From the NCBI GenBank assembly GCA_036393335.1, contig DASWHD010000093.1:1-62718 (forward strand): DNA of 62,718 nt, in the 5' to 3' direction. This document shows, piece by piece, positions 37,809-46,760 of this stretch. The position numbers and the translations under genes were made by a program. Below the pieces are notes generated by a model that was not told where the DNA came from, did not search any database, and worked only from the letters and a program-made list of their open reading frames with translations. Within the stretch, counting starts at the first letter, position 1. Every line of letters begins with the position of its first letter. The DNA is from a bacterium. GTDB taxonomy: Bacteria > CG2-30-53-67 > CG2-30-70-394.

Positions 37809-38017
37809 CTAGCCTGCATTTCTCACCATGACTCTGCTGCGCCCGCGCAACTGCCCGCATCTCCTGGCCCTGTCCTCGTCCGTGGTAGGAGCCGATTCTA
37901 TTCGGCGACCCCAATGTGGCAGATCGCCGAAGGGATTCGGCTCCTACCGCGGGCCAGACAGGATCTACGGCCATTGGCACGGGCTCGCAACGATTTCTGG
38001 TGAGAAATGCGGGCTAG
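37809..38017. mobile_element. MITE-like palindromic repeat, copy E (209 bp)
   Basis: CTAG-CCTGCATTTCTCACCA ... TGGTGAGAAATGCGGG-CTAG with the central hairpin. Confidence 0.85.
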
Positions 38018-38154
38018 CCGTCCACCGCCCCGATGCCGCGCGGCCGCACACCATCCCTTTTCGACCCCGCGCCTGCCATGATCTGCGACGAGCCACTTGG
38101 CGCGATGCGGTCGCAGGACGACATGCCGATGCGCCGCGGCAACGGGCGTGAACA

Positions 38155-39909
38155 CTACGGCTGCGCAGGCTTTCCGCCGTGCTCCTGCCGGTGGCGGGTG
38201 ATCTTCTCCGCCAGGCCCGGCACGGTGTCCCCATCCAGCTCCAGGGCGCGGTTCCATTGCTGGAACGAGTCCTCGGTGCGCCCCAGTGCCCAGTACACGT
38301 CACCCAGGTGGTCGCGGATGATCGCGTCGTCCGGGACCAGTTGGATCGCCCGCTCCAGGGCGGCTCGTGCCTCGTTCAGCTCACCGCGCCGGAAATGGAC
38401 CCAGCCGAGGGAGTCGACGATGTAGCCGTCGTCCGGGCGGATCTTCACCGCGCGGTTGATGAGATCGAGGCTTTCGTCGAGGTGGATGTTCTGCTCGGCG
38501 TACATGTAGCCGAGGTAGTTGAGGGCGTGGGCCTGGTCCGGGTCGAGCTCGATGGACCGTTCCAGGGCATCGTAAGCCTCTGGATAGCGCTTCATCTTCT
38601 CGTACAAGGCGCCGAGCTGAAAGTAGAGGCGGGCGTCCTCGGGGTAGAGCCGCACCCCCTCGCGGAACACCTCCTCCGCCTGGGTGAGTCCCTCCATGCG
38701 CACCAGCGCCCCGCCCAGATAGGCGATCAGGTCGGGGGACATCGGATCGGCGGCGATGCGTGCCTGGGCGAAGATCTCCATTAGCGGCGCCGGATCGCCG
38801 AGGGACTCCAGGTTTACGATCAGGTGTTGCGCCACCTCCGGGTTGGTCGGCTCCGCCGCGTAGAGCTGCTGGAAGTGTTGCGCGGCCTCGGCGTGCTGGT
38901 CGGTCTGCTCGTAGGCGAGGGCGAGGAAGAACTCCACCCGGTCGTTGTTCGGCCAGCGCTGGTGAATGCGCTGCAGGCGGTCGAGGGCGCGCGCCAGCTC
39001 CTTTTGGTCGAAGAGCAGGAGGGCGAGGCGCAGCTGCGAGTGCAGGTCCTCCGGATTGTCCGCGATGAGCTTCTCGTACGCGGTGATCGCCTGGGTCAGC
39101 TTGTCGGTGGTGACCAGGAGTTGGGCGACCCGCTTCGACAGGGCGCGGTTGTAGGGATTGAGGTCCAGGGCGCGCTGGTACGCCTCGATCGCGCCGTCGA
39201 GGTCGCTGCCCTGCTCCAGGGCCGCACCCAGGTTGACCCAGCCCCGCTCCACGTCCGGTCGCTCCTCCGTGCAGCGGCGGAAGTGCTCCGCCGCCTTGTC
39301 GAACTGTTCGATGGCGCCGTAGATCCGGCCGAGGTGGAAGTGCGCGACCACCGAAGCGGGGTGGTCCTTAAGATACCCCTCCAGGACCGCGATCGCATCG
39401 TCGCTGCGGCCGGTCTCCAGGTAGAGCTGGGCCAGTTGTGCCAGGCGCTGGGTGTCTTCCGGGTCCAGCTCGTAGAGGTGCTCGAGATACGGCAGGGCCT
39501 TGTCGTACTCCTGGGCATGGGTGTGGACCTCATACAGGATCTGCAACGCCTCCACCTGGTCCGGCGCATGCTTCAGGGCGTCCCGTGCCGCCACCTGGGC
39601 CATCTCCATCTGTCCCGTACGGCGATAGGCGGTGGCCAGGGCGGTGAGCAGATCCGGTGCAGCGGGGTCGAGGCGCAAGGCGGCCTTGAAGCTGTCGATG
39701 GCGCCGGGGTCGCCGTGGCGGCTCTGGTAGTCGCCGATCAGGAAGAGCTCGCTCGCCGAGGGCGCGCCAGCGGGGCGTGGCGCGCGATGTGCGGTCGAGA
39801 CCGCCTCCGGCCCGGGCAGGGTCGCGCAAGCGAGGTGACTCAGGGCCGCTGCCAGGCACAGGGTGAGGAAGCGGAGGGCGTGTCGTGTCGGGGCAAGAGA
39901 ACGTAGCAT
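38155..39909 (-). CDS. TPR-repeat protein (probable lipoprotein), 584 aa
   Basis: Repeated TPR-like A/L/Y-rich 34-mers. Signal or lipobox-like N-terminus (LTLCLAAALSHLAC). The ORF-track extension to 40986 is antisense to rluD and is rejected. Confidence 0.8.
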   Translation of the reverse strand: MLRSLAPTRHALRFLTLCLAAALSHLACATLPGPEAVSTAHRAPRPAGAPSASELFLIGDYQSRHGDPGAIDSFKAALRLDPAAPDLLTALATAYRRTGQMEMAQVAARDALKHAPDQVEALQILYEVHTHAQEYDKALPYLEHLYELDPEDTQRLAQLAQLYLETGRSDDAIAVLEGYLKDHPASVVAHFHLGRIYGAIEQFDKAAEHFRRCTEERPDVERGWVNLGAALEQGSDLDGAIEAYQRALDLNPYNRALSKRVAQLLVTTDKLTQAITAYEKLIADNPEDLHSQLRLALLLFDQKELARALDRLQRIHQRWPNNDRVEFFLALAYEQTDQHAEAAQHFQQLYAAEPTNPEVAQHLIVNLESLGDPAPLMEIFAQARIAADPMSPDLIAYLGGALVRMEGLTQAEEVFREGVRLYPEDARLYFQLGALYEKMKRYPEAYDALERSIELDPDQAHALNYLGYMYAEQNIHLDESLDLINRAVKIRPDDGYIVDSLGWVHFRRGELNEARAALERAIQLVPDDAIIRDHLGDVYWALGRTEDSFQQWNRALELDGDTVPGLAEKITRHRQEHGGKPAQP

Positions 39910-39963
39910 CGGTCGGGGAAAAAGATGATCCAGGGTAGTAAAAACCATAACTAAGACAGGAAG

Positions 39964-41019
39964 ATGCAGCAATCCAGGGGTTGCTCTCTCTTCGGCACGG
40001 GCGGGGATGGCACTATGGGCGAGCCGCAGGGACGCGGGGTCGAGGCTGGCGAGACGACGGTGACGGAGCTGCCGGTGCCCGTGGGGGTGGCACCGCAGCG
40101 CATCGACCGTTGGCTGGCCACCACCCGCCTCGGGTTGACCCGCAGTCAGATCGGGCGCTTGTGCACCAACGGGGCGGTGTTGGTGGACGGCCGGCCGGTG
40201 CGGGCGTCGGCACGGGTGATGCCCGGCCAACGTGTGCAAGTGCGGGTCCCTCCGCCGGCCCTGGCGCGTCATGAGCCCGAGTCCCTGCCCCTCACCGTGG
40301 TCTACGAGGACGACGATCTCTTGGTCCTCGACAAGGCGGCGGGCATGGTCGTCCATCCGGCGCCGGGACATGCCCGGGGCACCCTGGTCAACGCCCTGCT
40401 CGCCCGCTGTCCCGACCTGGTCAACGTGGGCGGCGAGACGCGGCCCGGCCTGGTCCACCGACTCGACAAGGAGACCAGCGGCCTGATGGTGGTGGCGAAG
40501 AACGACCGCGCCCATGCGAGGCTCGCGGCGGCGTGGCTGGTGCACGATATCGAGCGTCGTTACCTCGCCCTCGCCAAGGGTTGTCTTGGCGAGGCGCTGC
40601 GGATCGACGTGGCGATCGGCCGCGACCGCCGCGATCGCAAGCGGATCTCGCCGCGGACCGACCACCCCCGGGCGGCATGCACCGCGTTGCAGCCAGTGCG
40701 CTGGTTCGGCGCGGAGGCAACCCTTGTCGCGGCACGCTTGGAGACCGGGCGCACCCACCAGGTGCGGGTCCACCTCGCCCAGATCGGCCATCCGGTGCTC
40801 GGCGACGCCCTCTACGGGAGGGGTGTGCGCAGCCTGCGCGTAGGCAACCTGGTACACCGGTTTTCCCGCCAGATGCTGCACGCCGCGGTGCTCGGTTTTC
40901 GCCACCCGGTGAGCGGCGCGGCCTTGCACTTCGAGAGCCCGCTTCCGGAGGACATGGCCGCGGCGGTGCGGTTTCTGACTGACCAACTGGGCGCCGTGGA
41001 GGCCGGAAATGAAGGGTAG
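39964..41019 (+). CDS. rluD: RluA-family 23S rRNA pseudouridine synthase (RluD-like, S4 domain + catalytic domain)
   Basis: RIDRWL S4-like N-terminus and HRLDKETSGLMVVAKN catalytic motif. The start could instead be ATG 40015. The TAG stop lies inside the GTAGGAGCC repeat core. Confidence 0.85.
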   Translation: MQQSRGCSLFGTGGDGTMGEPQGRGVEAGETTVTELPVPVGVAPQRIDRWLATTRLGLTRSQIGRLCTNGAVLVDGRPVRASARVMPGQRVQVRVPPPALARHEPESLPLTVVYEDDDLLVLDKAAGMVVHPAPGHARGTLVNALLARCPDLVNVGGETRPGLVHRLDKETSGLMVVAKNDRAHARLAAAWLVHDIERRYLALAKGCLGEALRIDVAIGRDRRDRKRISPRTDHPRAACTALQPVRWFGAEATLVAARLETGRTHQVRVHLAQIGHPVLGDALYGRGVRSLRVGNLVHRFSRQMLHAAVLGFRHPVSGAALHFESPLPEDMAAAVRFLTDQLGAVEAGNEG

Positions 41020-41105
41020 GAGCCGGTTGTACCGGCGATCTGGGCCTGGGGAGCAGCCGGCTTTACGGGCCAGGTCGCCGAAGGGATTCGGCTCCTACCG
41101 CGGGG
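41016..41105. repeat. Solo central hairpin of the MITE family (GTAGGAGCCG ... CGGCTCCTAC)
   Basis: Only the inner palindrome is present; the CCCGCATTTCTCACCA termini are absent. Confidence 0.75.
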
Positions 41106-41116
41106 CCGGGTTCCAG

Positions 41117-41686
41117 CTACAACAGCGCCTCGACGTCCCGTGCGATCACCTTGGCATCGACATAGCCGATGTACCGCTGGGCGATGTTGCCGTTGCGGTC
41201 GACGATGAAGGTGGTCGGCAGGCCATAGATGCCGCCGAAGGCGCTCGACACCTCGGCGTTGGCCACCACCACCGGATAGTTGATGCCATAGTGCTCCACG
41301 AACGGCGGAACGACCCGGGCCGGGTTCTCGTCCATGGAGATGCCGACGATGTCGAAGCCCTGGGGTCCGTACTTCTTCTTCATGGCGATCAGCTCCGGGA
41401 TCGCCTCGCGGCACGGCGGGCACCAGGTCGCCCAGAAATCGATCACCAGCACCTTGCCCTTGAACTGGGCGAGCTCGACCCGGTTGCCCGCCAGATCGGG
41501 CAGGGAGAAGGAGGGCGCGGGGATGGTTGTGGTGGTCGAGCCGCTGGCCGCATCCGCGGCGAGCGGGGTGCCCCCTTTCTCTGCCGTGTCCTTGGCCGAC
41601 TTACACGCCGGCGCCATGGCTACCGCGAGTACCACGGTGAGGGGAAGGGTCACGGCGGCGATCAGGCCGCGGGTCTTCGGGGACAT
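41117..41686 (-). CDS. TlpA/ResA-like periplasmic thiol:disulfide oxidoreductase
   Basis: Thioredoxin-fold motif WATWCPPC and a signal or lipoprotein-like N-terminus. Confidence 0.85.
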   Translation of the reverse strand: MSPKTRGLIAAVTLPLTVVLAVAMAPACKSAKDTAEKGGTPLAADAASGSTTTTIPAPSFSLPDLAGNRVELAQFKGKVLVIDFWATWCPPCREAIPELIAMKKKYGPQGFDIVGISMDENPARVVPPFVEHYGINYPVVVANAEVSSAFGGIYGLPTTFIVDRNGNIAQRYIGYVDAKVIARDVEALL

Positions 41687-41700
41687 CGAATCTCCTTTGG

Positions 41701-41786
41701 TAGCGGTCAGCAATCGGCTGTCAGCGATCTGCTTGATTTGGATTTGAACACCGGTCCTTTGGTCACGAGCTGAAGGCTGACCGCTT
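41701..41786. repeat. Heptamer-periodic hairpin repeat
   Basis: GCGGTCAGC AATCGGC TGTCAGC GATCTGC ... GAGCTGA AGGCTGA CCGCTTC, read directly between two same-strand genes. Confidence 0.7.
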
Positions 41787-42422
41787 CTACACGCCGGTGC
41801 GAGCCGGGTCCCACACGTATTTGTGGAGCTGGAGCTGGAGGCGGAGGGGCAGGCCGCTCGCCAGGATCCACGCGGCCGTGTCCTCAGGGGAGAGGACGTC
41901 GTGGACCGGCGAGATCAACACCGGCCAGCGCTCGATCAGGTGGTGCTTGCGGATCACGTCGATCCCCCACTCGAAGTCGTGGTGGTCGCCGATCACCAAC
42001 TTGATCTGGCCGCGGTCGTCGAGGCGGGCGAGGTTTGCCCAGCGATTGGCGTCTGCCTCCCCGGAGGAGGGGGTCTTGATGTCGAGAATGACGTGCACCC
42101 CCGCCGGGACCGCGTCGATGGGCAGGGAGCCGCCGGTCTCCAGGAGCACGGTGTGGCCCCGTGCCAGCAGCGCCGCCATCAGGTCTATCGACTCCGCCTG
42201 CAGCAGGGGCTCGCCGCCGGTGACCTCGACCAGCCTCGTGCCCAGGGCCACGACCTCGGCCAGCACCTCGTCCACCGACATCTCGCTGCCGCCGTGGAAG
42301 GCGTAGGCCGTATCACAGTACCCGCACCGCAGGTTGCAGCCGGTGGTGCGCACTAAGATGCACGGCAGGCCGGCGAAGGTCGACTCCCCCTGCAGGGAGC
42401 GGAAGATCTCGGTGATGCGCAT
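41787..42422 (-). CDS. queE: 7-carboxy-7-deazaguanine synthase (radical SAM)
   Basis: MRITEIFRSLQGES... and the CNLRCGYCDT radical-SAM cluster motif. Confidence 0.9.
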   Translation of the reverse strand: MRITEIFRSLQGESTFAGLPCILVRTTGCNLRCGYCDTAYAFHGGSEMSVDEVLAEVVALGTRLVEVTGGEPLLQAESIDLMAALLARGHTVLLETGGSLPIDAVPAGVHVILDIKTPSSGEADANRWANLARLDDRGQIKLVIGDHHDFEWGIDVIRKHHLIERWPVLISPVHDVLSPEDTAAWILASGLPLRLQLQLHKYVWDPARTGV

Positions 42423-42546
42423 CGGGGAAGTGTACGGTCCGCGCGGGGGTTGCTCAAACGGCGGTGGGGCGTTCGTGACAGGGTGCCGTGGAGTCGTGGC
42501 TTGCTCCGTGGCCCGCCGCTAGACTGCCGAAAAAGGAGCCCGTTTC

Positions 42547-42852
42547 ATGCCTCACATCACCTTCTTGCCCTGTGGATTGGAGGGCAACGTTCCGCTGGGC
42601 ACCTCGATCATCGACGCCTCCGAAGAGCTCGGCCTGCTCGAGCATGCGGGTCTGGAGATTCCGGATGGCTGTACGCGGCAATGCGAATGCTGCACTTGCA
42701 AGGTCCTCATCAAAGAGGGGTGGGAGAACCTCTCGGAGATGAGCGACGAGGAGAACGATTTGCTGGCCGACAACGGCGCCGACGACGACGAGCGCCTGTC
42801 GTGCCAGACCCAGATTCTGGGTGACGTGGTGGTCTGGTTCGACGGTTCCTAG
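42547..42852 (+). CDS. Small Cys-rich ferredoxin-like protein (probably 2Fe-2S)
   Basis: 101 aa with a beta-grasp-like N-terminus (ITFLP), the cysteine cluster CTRQCECCTC and a distal C (LSCQT). Confidence 0.6.
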   Translation: MPHITFLPCGLEGNVPLGTSIIDASEELGLLEHAGLEIPDGCTRQCECCTCKVLIKEGWENLSEMSDEENDLLADNGADDDERLSCQTQILGDVVVWFDGS

Positions 42853-43034
42853 GCGGAGAGGGTGGCACGGGCGTGCGGTAGACACATTCATGACCGCTCC
42901 GCCCGGGGGAACCGAGGCTGGGGTGAGTCGTCTCGAATTGATATTCAGGCGGCCGGTCGGTAGTGTAAAAATCCTGAGTATTCACAGGATTATAAGCTGT
43001 TGCGTCAGGAACCTTGCCCCCGCCACCCCCCTCC

Positions 43035-44210
43035 GTGATCCAGCCCGTCTACATTCAGTCGATCGCGGCCCTGCTGCCCGGACCACCGATCTCCAACGCC
43101 CGGATCGAGGGAGTCATGGGCCAGATCGGAGAGCAGCGCTCCCGGGCGCGGCCCATCGTCCTGCGCAGCAACCGGATCAAGTCGCGCCACTACTGCTTCG
43201 ATCCCGAGACCCGAGCGTGGCATTACACCGGCGCGAGCCTCGCCGCCGCCTGTGGCCGGGAGGCGGTGGCGAGGGCGGGGCTCACCCTCGATCAGGTTGC
43301 CTTTCTGTGCTGCGCCACGACCACTCCCGACCAGGTCCTGCCGCCCCACGCGGCCATGGTGCAAGGCGAGTTGGGGATCGCACGCACGGCGATCGGCACG
43401 GTCCACGGGGTGTGTAGCTCGTCTGCCGGCGCCTTTGACTGGGCCTATCTCCAGGTTGCCAGCGGCCGCTACCCCAACGCCCTGGTGATCGCCAGCGAGC
43501 GCGCCTCTCAGGGGCTGCGCCGCGAGCACTACGAGTTCGGCCCGCGTTTCAAGGCGTTCTTGGGCGAGCTGTGCGAGCAACTCGGGCGGGAGGTGAGCCC
43601 AGCGGAGATCGACGCGGTGCTGGCGGCGCGACAGCGGCCCCTGGAGTTCGACGAGGACTTCCTGCGCTGGATGCTCTCCGACGGCGCCGGCGCCGTGGTC
43701 CTGGGTCCGGAGCGACGCCCGGGTGCACTGGAGGTGGTGCACGTCGAAATGGAGTCGCGCGCCGGGGAGCTGCCGTCGTGCATGACCGGCGGTATCGAGT
43801 GGTGTGACAACGTCCTCGATGCGGCGATCTCGGGGGGCCTCAACCTGCGCCAGGACATCGACCTCCTCAACGAGCACATCGTCGCGGTGACCATCGACTG
43901 CGTGCGTCATTGCTTTGCCAACGCCGGCCTCGATCCGGCCGAGGTGGACGTGGTCATCCCCCATCTCTCCAGCGAGTACTTCATCGACGGCACCGTCGCC
44001 CACCTCGCGGCGGTGGGTCTGGAGCTGCCGCGGGAGCGATGGTTCACCAACTTGACGCGGGTGGGCAACGTCGGCACCGCCTCGATCTGGATCGCCCTGG
44101 AGGAGGCGATCCGCAGCGGGGTGATCCGGCCCGGCCAGACGGTGTTGCTGGTGGTGCCGGAGTCGTCGCGGTTCAACACGGTGTGTGTGATGTTGCGCAT
44201 GGTGGAGTGA
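43035..44210 (+). CDS. Beta-ketoacyl-ACP synthase III (FabH)-family condensing enzyme
   Basis: Active-site Cys context HGVCSSSAGAF and a C-terminal GNVGTASIWIAL motif. Start uncertain: GTG 43035 or TTG 43014. Confidence 0.72.
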   Translation: MIQPVYIQSIAALLPGPPISNARIEGVMGQIGEQRSRARPIVLRSNRIKSRHYCFDPETRAWHYTGASLAAACGREAVARAGLTLDQVAFLCCATTTPDQVLPPHAAMVQGELGIARTAIGTVHGVCSSSAGAFDWAYLQVASGRYPNALVIASERASQGLRREHYEFGPRFKAFLGELCEQLGREVSPAEIDAVLAARQRPLEFDEDFLRWMLSDGAGAVVLGPERRPGALEVVHVEMESRAGELPSCMTGGIEWCDNVLDAAISGGLNLRQDIDLLNEHIVAVTIDCVRHCFANAGLDPAEVDVVIPHLSSEYFIDGTVAHLAAVGLELPRERWFTNLTRVGNVGTASIWIALEEAIRSGVIRPGQTVLLVVPESSRFNTVCVMLRMVE

Positions 44211-44294
44211 CGCGCCGTAGGCGCCTCGCCGCAGCCGTTGCGCAGCGGAGCGGGGGACAGGTCAACGGGGGAGGCCAAAGAGAAAATCCCGTGC

Positions 44295-44322
44295 GTAGGG
44301 GCACGGCATGCCGTGCCCCTAC
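44295..44322. repeat. Perfect 28-bp palindrome GTAGGGGCACGGCATGCCGTGCCCCTAC
   Basis: Read directly in the 278-bp intergenic region. Confidence 0.9.
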
Positions 44323-44488
44323 TGCATTCATGTGGCTGCGTCAGACTTCCCTGGGTTCTCGCGTCGATCCACTGCCGGTGTGCCATTGCTGTCGGGTGAC
44401 GGCCAGTGGCCTGGGAGGGAGACAACCCTTTTGCTACCATCCGCCCCCCTTTCCGGAGGGGCGGGGTCTCTCGGCGTGGGAGTAAGCG

Positions 44489-45607
44489 ATGGAAATTTAT
44501 CTGGAGGACAACTTCGATCTCAGCCGCACCGGTGAGGTGTGTGACCAGATCGAGGCGGTGGCCAAGGAGTGTGGGGTCAAGATCGACTCGATGAACCTGG
44601 ACCGGGGTTCCACCGGCCTGGCGAAGATCGAGATCAAGGCGCGGGACACCCACCGCATCCCCATCGACCGGGTGGAGAACCTGCCGTTCGTGGCGCGGGT
44701 GGCGCGGCTGCTGCCGTCGTACAAGCTGATCAGCCGCAAATTCAACCCCGACCCGCTGGAGATCCACATCCACGGCGACTCGCGCATCGGTGCCGGCCAC
44801 TTCCTGTGGACGGTCGGGCCGTGTGCGGTGGAGGAGGAGGGCCTCTACCACGAGATCATCGACGCGATCATGGGGGTGCCCTTCCCGGCGGAGGCCAACA
44901 TGCACGTGGCCTTCCGCGGCTTCGTAGACAAGAACCGCACCTCGGTCTACTCCTGGGAGGGGATTCGTGACGCCGGCATCCCGTGGGTCCGGGCGATGAA
45001 GGACAAGTACCACTGTGCGGCGGCCAACGAGATCATGTCGATCGTGGATATCGACAAGTACCGGCAAGACGGCACCTTCGACATCCTCCAGGTCGGCACC
45101 CGTTCCGCCGAGTTCGCGCGCCTCTTCGACGCCCTCGGCAGGACCGAGTTTACGATCTATCTCAAGAACGGCCGCGGCAACACCATCGACGAGTTCCTCA
45201 ACTATGCGGAGCGCATCGTCGCCGGCGGCAATCCCAAGGTGGTGCTGGTGGTGCGCGGTACCCAGACCACTAATCCCAAGTATCTGCGCAACGCGGCGGC
45301 CTTGGAGTGGGGACCGGTGTTGCGCGGCCTGACTCGCCAGCCGGTGGTCTTCGACTGCTCCCACTCGGTGGGCCAGCGCGAGCTGGTGGTCGACGCCATG
45401 ATGGCGGCGGTCGCAGCCGGCTTCGATGGGCTGGAGACCGACGTGCACGCGGCGCCGGAGCGGGCCAAGGTGGACGGCCGCCAGGCCCTGCTCCCGGAGA
45501 TCTACGAGACTATGGCCAAGTACGTGATGGAGGCGCGTCTCGCCTATCTGGAGCGCCACCGCGCGTTTACGGAACGCGGTTACATGGGCCACTTCATGAA
45601 TCCGTAA
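44489..45607 (+). CDS. DAHP synthase family protein (type I-beta with an N-terminal ferredoxin-like regulatory domain), divergent
   Basis: Collinear with Thermotoga-type DAHPS motifs: YKLISR.F, GPCAVE, K.RTS (here KNRTS), QVGTR, DCSHS, DVH..PE.A..DG.Q. Confidence 0.68.
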   Translation: MEIYLEDNFDLSRTGEVCDQIEAVAKECGVKIDSMNLDRGSTGLAKIEIKARDTHRIPIDRVENLPFVARVARLLPSYKLISRKFNPDPLEIHIHGDSRIGAGHFLWTVGPCAVEEEGLYHEIIDAIMGVPFPAEANMHVAFRGFVDKNRTSVYSWEGIRDAGIPWVRAMKDKYHCAAANEIMSIVDIDKYRQDGTFDILQVGTRSAEFARLFDALGRTEFTIYLKNGRGNTIDEFLNYAERIVAGGNPKVVLVVRGTQTTNPKYLRNAAALEWGPVLRGLTRQPVVFDCSHSVGQRELVVDAMMAAVAAGFDGLETDVHAAPERAKVDGRQALLPEIYETMAKYVMEARLAYLERHRAFTERGYMGHFMNP

Positions 45608-45655
45608 ATCTGGTCGTTAGCGCTGAGCCTGGGTGGCGCCCCGGCGGGGATCCAT

Positions 45656-45960
45656 CTAAGGAAGGCAGGAGAGGGGGCAGGAAGGGCGAATGCTCGGGCA
45701 GATCGGCGCAACACGGGCTTTGCGGCGAACCTTAGATTTTGACGCGGGAAGCCCGGAAACCAGGAAAGACGCCTGCCGCAAGTCTCCCCTCCTGGTTTCT
45801 TGGCTTCCCGCGTTCCGAATCTTACTGGGTGAGTAGGCCGGGCTTGGCCAGGCATGGGGGCATGCCTCTAAGGAAGGCAGGAAATACAGGAAGGGGAGGA
45901 GAGCACCGTAGCTGCGGCATGACGTTTCTGCCTTCCTGCCCCCTTTCCTGCATTCCTTAG
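45656..45960. repeat. Nested inverted-repeat element (about 305 bp)
   Basis: 35-bp terminal inverted repeats, CTAAGGAAGGCAGGAGAGGGGGCAGGAAGG.. at 45656-45690 and its complement at 45926-45960. There is an extra direct partial copy at 45868. The ACGCGGGAAGCC hairpin lies inside it at 45742-45813. Confidence 0.75.
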
Positions 45961-45983
45961 AGGTGTTGTTGGTCCGGGTGCCC

Positions 45984-46760
45984 CTATGCCTGGGGCTGGC
46001 CGGTGTCGCCGCCGCCGCCGAGCCTCTCGAGGAGGTTCAGGGGGATGGGCAGGACCACGGAGGTGCGCTCGCCGGTGATATCGACCAGGGTCTGGAGGTA
46101 GCGCAGCTGCAACGCCGCCGGTTCCTGCATGATGATCGCGGCGGCCTGCGCCAGGCGAGTCGCGGCCTGGAACTCACCCTCGGCGTTGATCACCTTGGCG
46201 CGCCGCTCGCGCTCCGCCTCGGCCTGCTTGGCGATCGCGCGCTGCATCTCCTGGGGTAGGTCGACGTGCTTGATCTCCACCAGGGACACCTTGATGCCCC
46301 AGGCGTCGGATTGCGCGTCGAGGATCGTCTGGAGCTTCTCGTTGATCTGTTCGCGCTCCGACAGGAGCTGGTCGAGCTCCACCTCGCCGAGCACCGAGCG
46401 CAGGGTGGTCTGGGCGAGCTGGCTGGTGGCGTAGAGGAAGTCCTCCACCTCGACGATCGCTCGCTCCGGGTCCATGACGCGGAAGTAGAGCACCGCGTTG
46501 ACCTTCACCGAGACGTTGTCGCGAGTGATCACGTCCTGCGGCGGCACGTCCATGGCGATGGTGCGCAGGGAGACCTTCACCATCTTGTCGACTACCGGGA
46601 TGAGGATGATCAGGCCCGGCCCCTTGGCGCGCAGCAGGCGACCGAGGCGGAACACCACGCCACGCTCGTACTCGCGCAGGATCTTGATCGCCGAGGCGAG
46701 GATGGCCAGCAGGGCGCCGAACAGCAGGACGTAGGGGACCACATCGATCTCAGGAATCAT
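45984..46760 (-). CDS. SPFH/band-7 (stomatin-like) membrane protein
   Basis: [12 protein letters not shown]...[20 protein letters not shown] motifs. Start overlaps the nfeD stop. Confidence 0.9.
   Translation of the reverse strand: MIPEIDVVPYVLLFGALLAILASAIKILREYERGVVFRLGRLLRAKGPGLIILIPVVDKMVKVSLRTIAMDVPPQDVITRDNVSVKVNAVLYFRVMDPERAIVEVEDFLYATSQLAQTTLRSVLGEVELDQLLSEREQINEKLQTILDAQSDAWGIKVSLVEIKHVDLPQEMQRAIAKQAEAERERRAKVINAEGEFQAATRLAQAAAIIMQEPAALQLRYLQTLVDITGERTSVVLPIPLNLLERLGGGGDTGQPQA

Noticed and set aside
38155-40986. 943-aa ORF suggesting a giant TPR protein.
   Set aside because: Only the C-terminal 584 codons (from ATG 39909) look like a TPR lipoprotein. The upstream 359 codons are antisense to the well-supported rluD gene and are compositionally shadow-like.
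42858-42873. TGGCACGGGCGTGCGG downstream of the ferredoxin gene as a third sigma-54 promoter.
   Set aside because: The GC of the putative -12 element is one nucleotide too close to the GG (GG-N9-GC) and the TTGC core is absent. A similar TGGCAC at 24045-24061 (minus strand, upstream of the barrel gene) also lacks a -12 GC.
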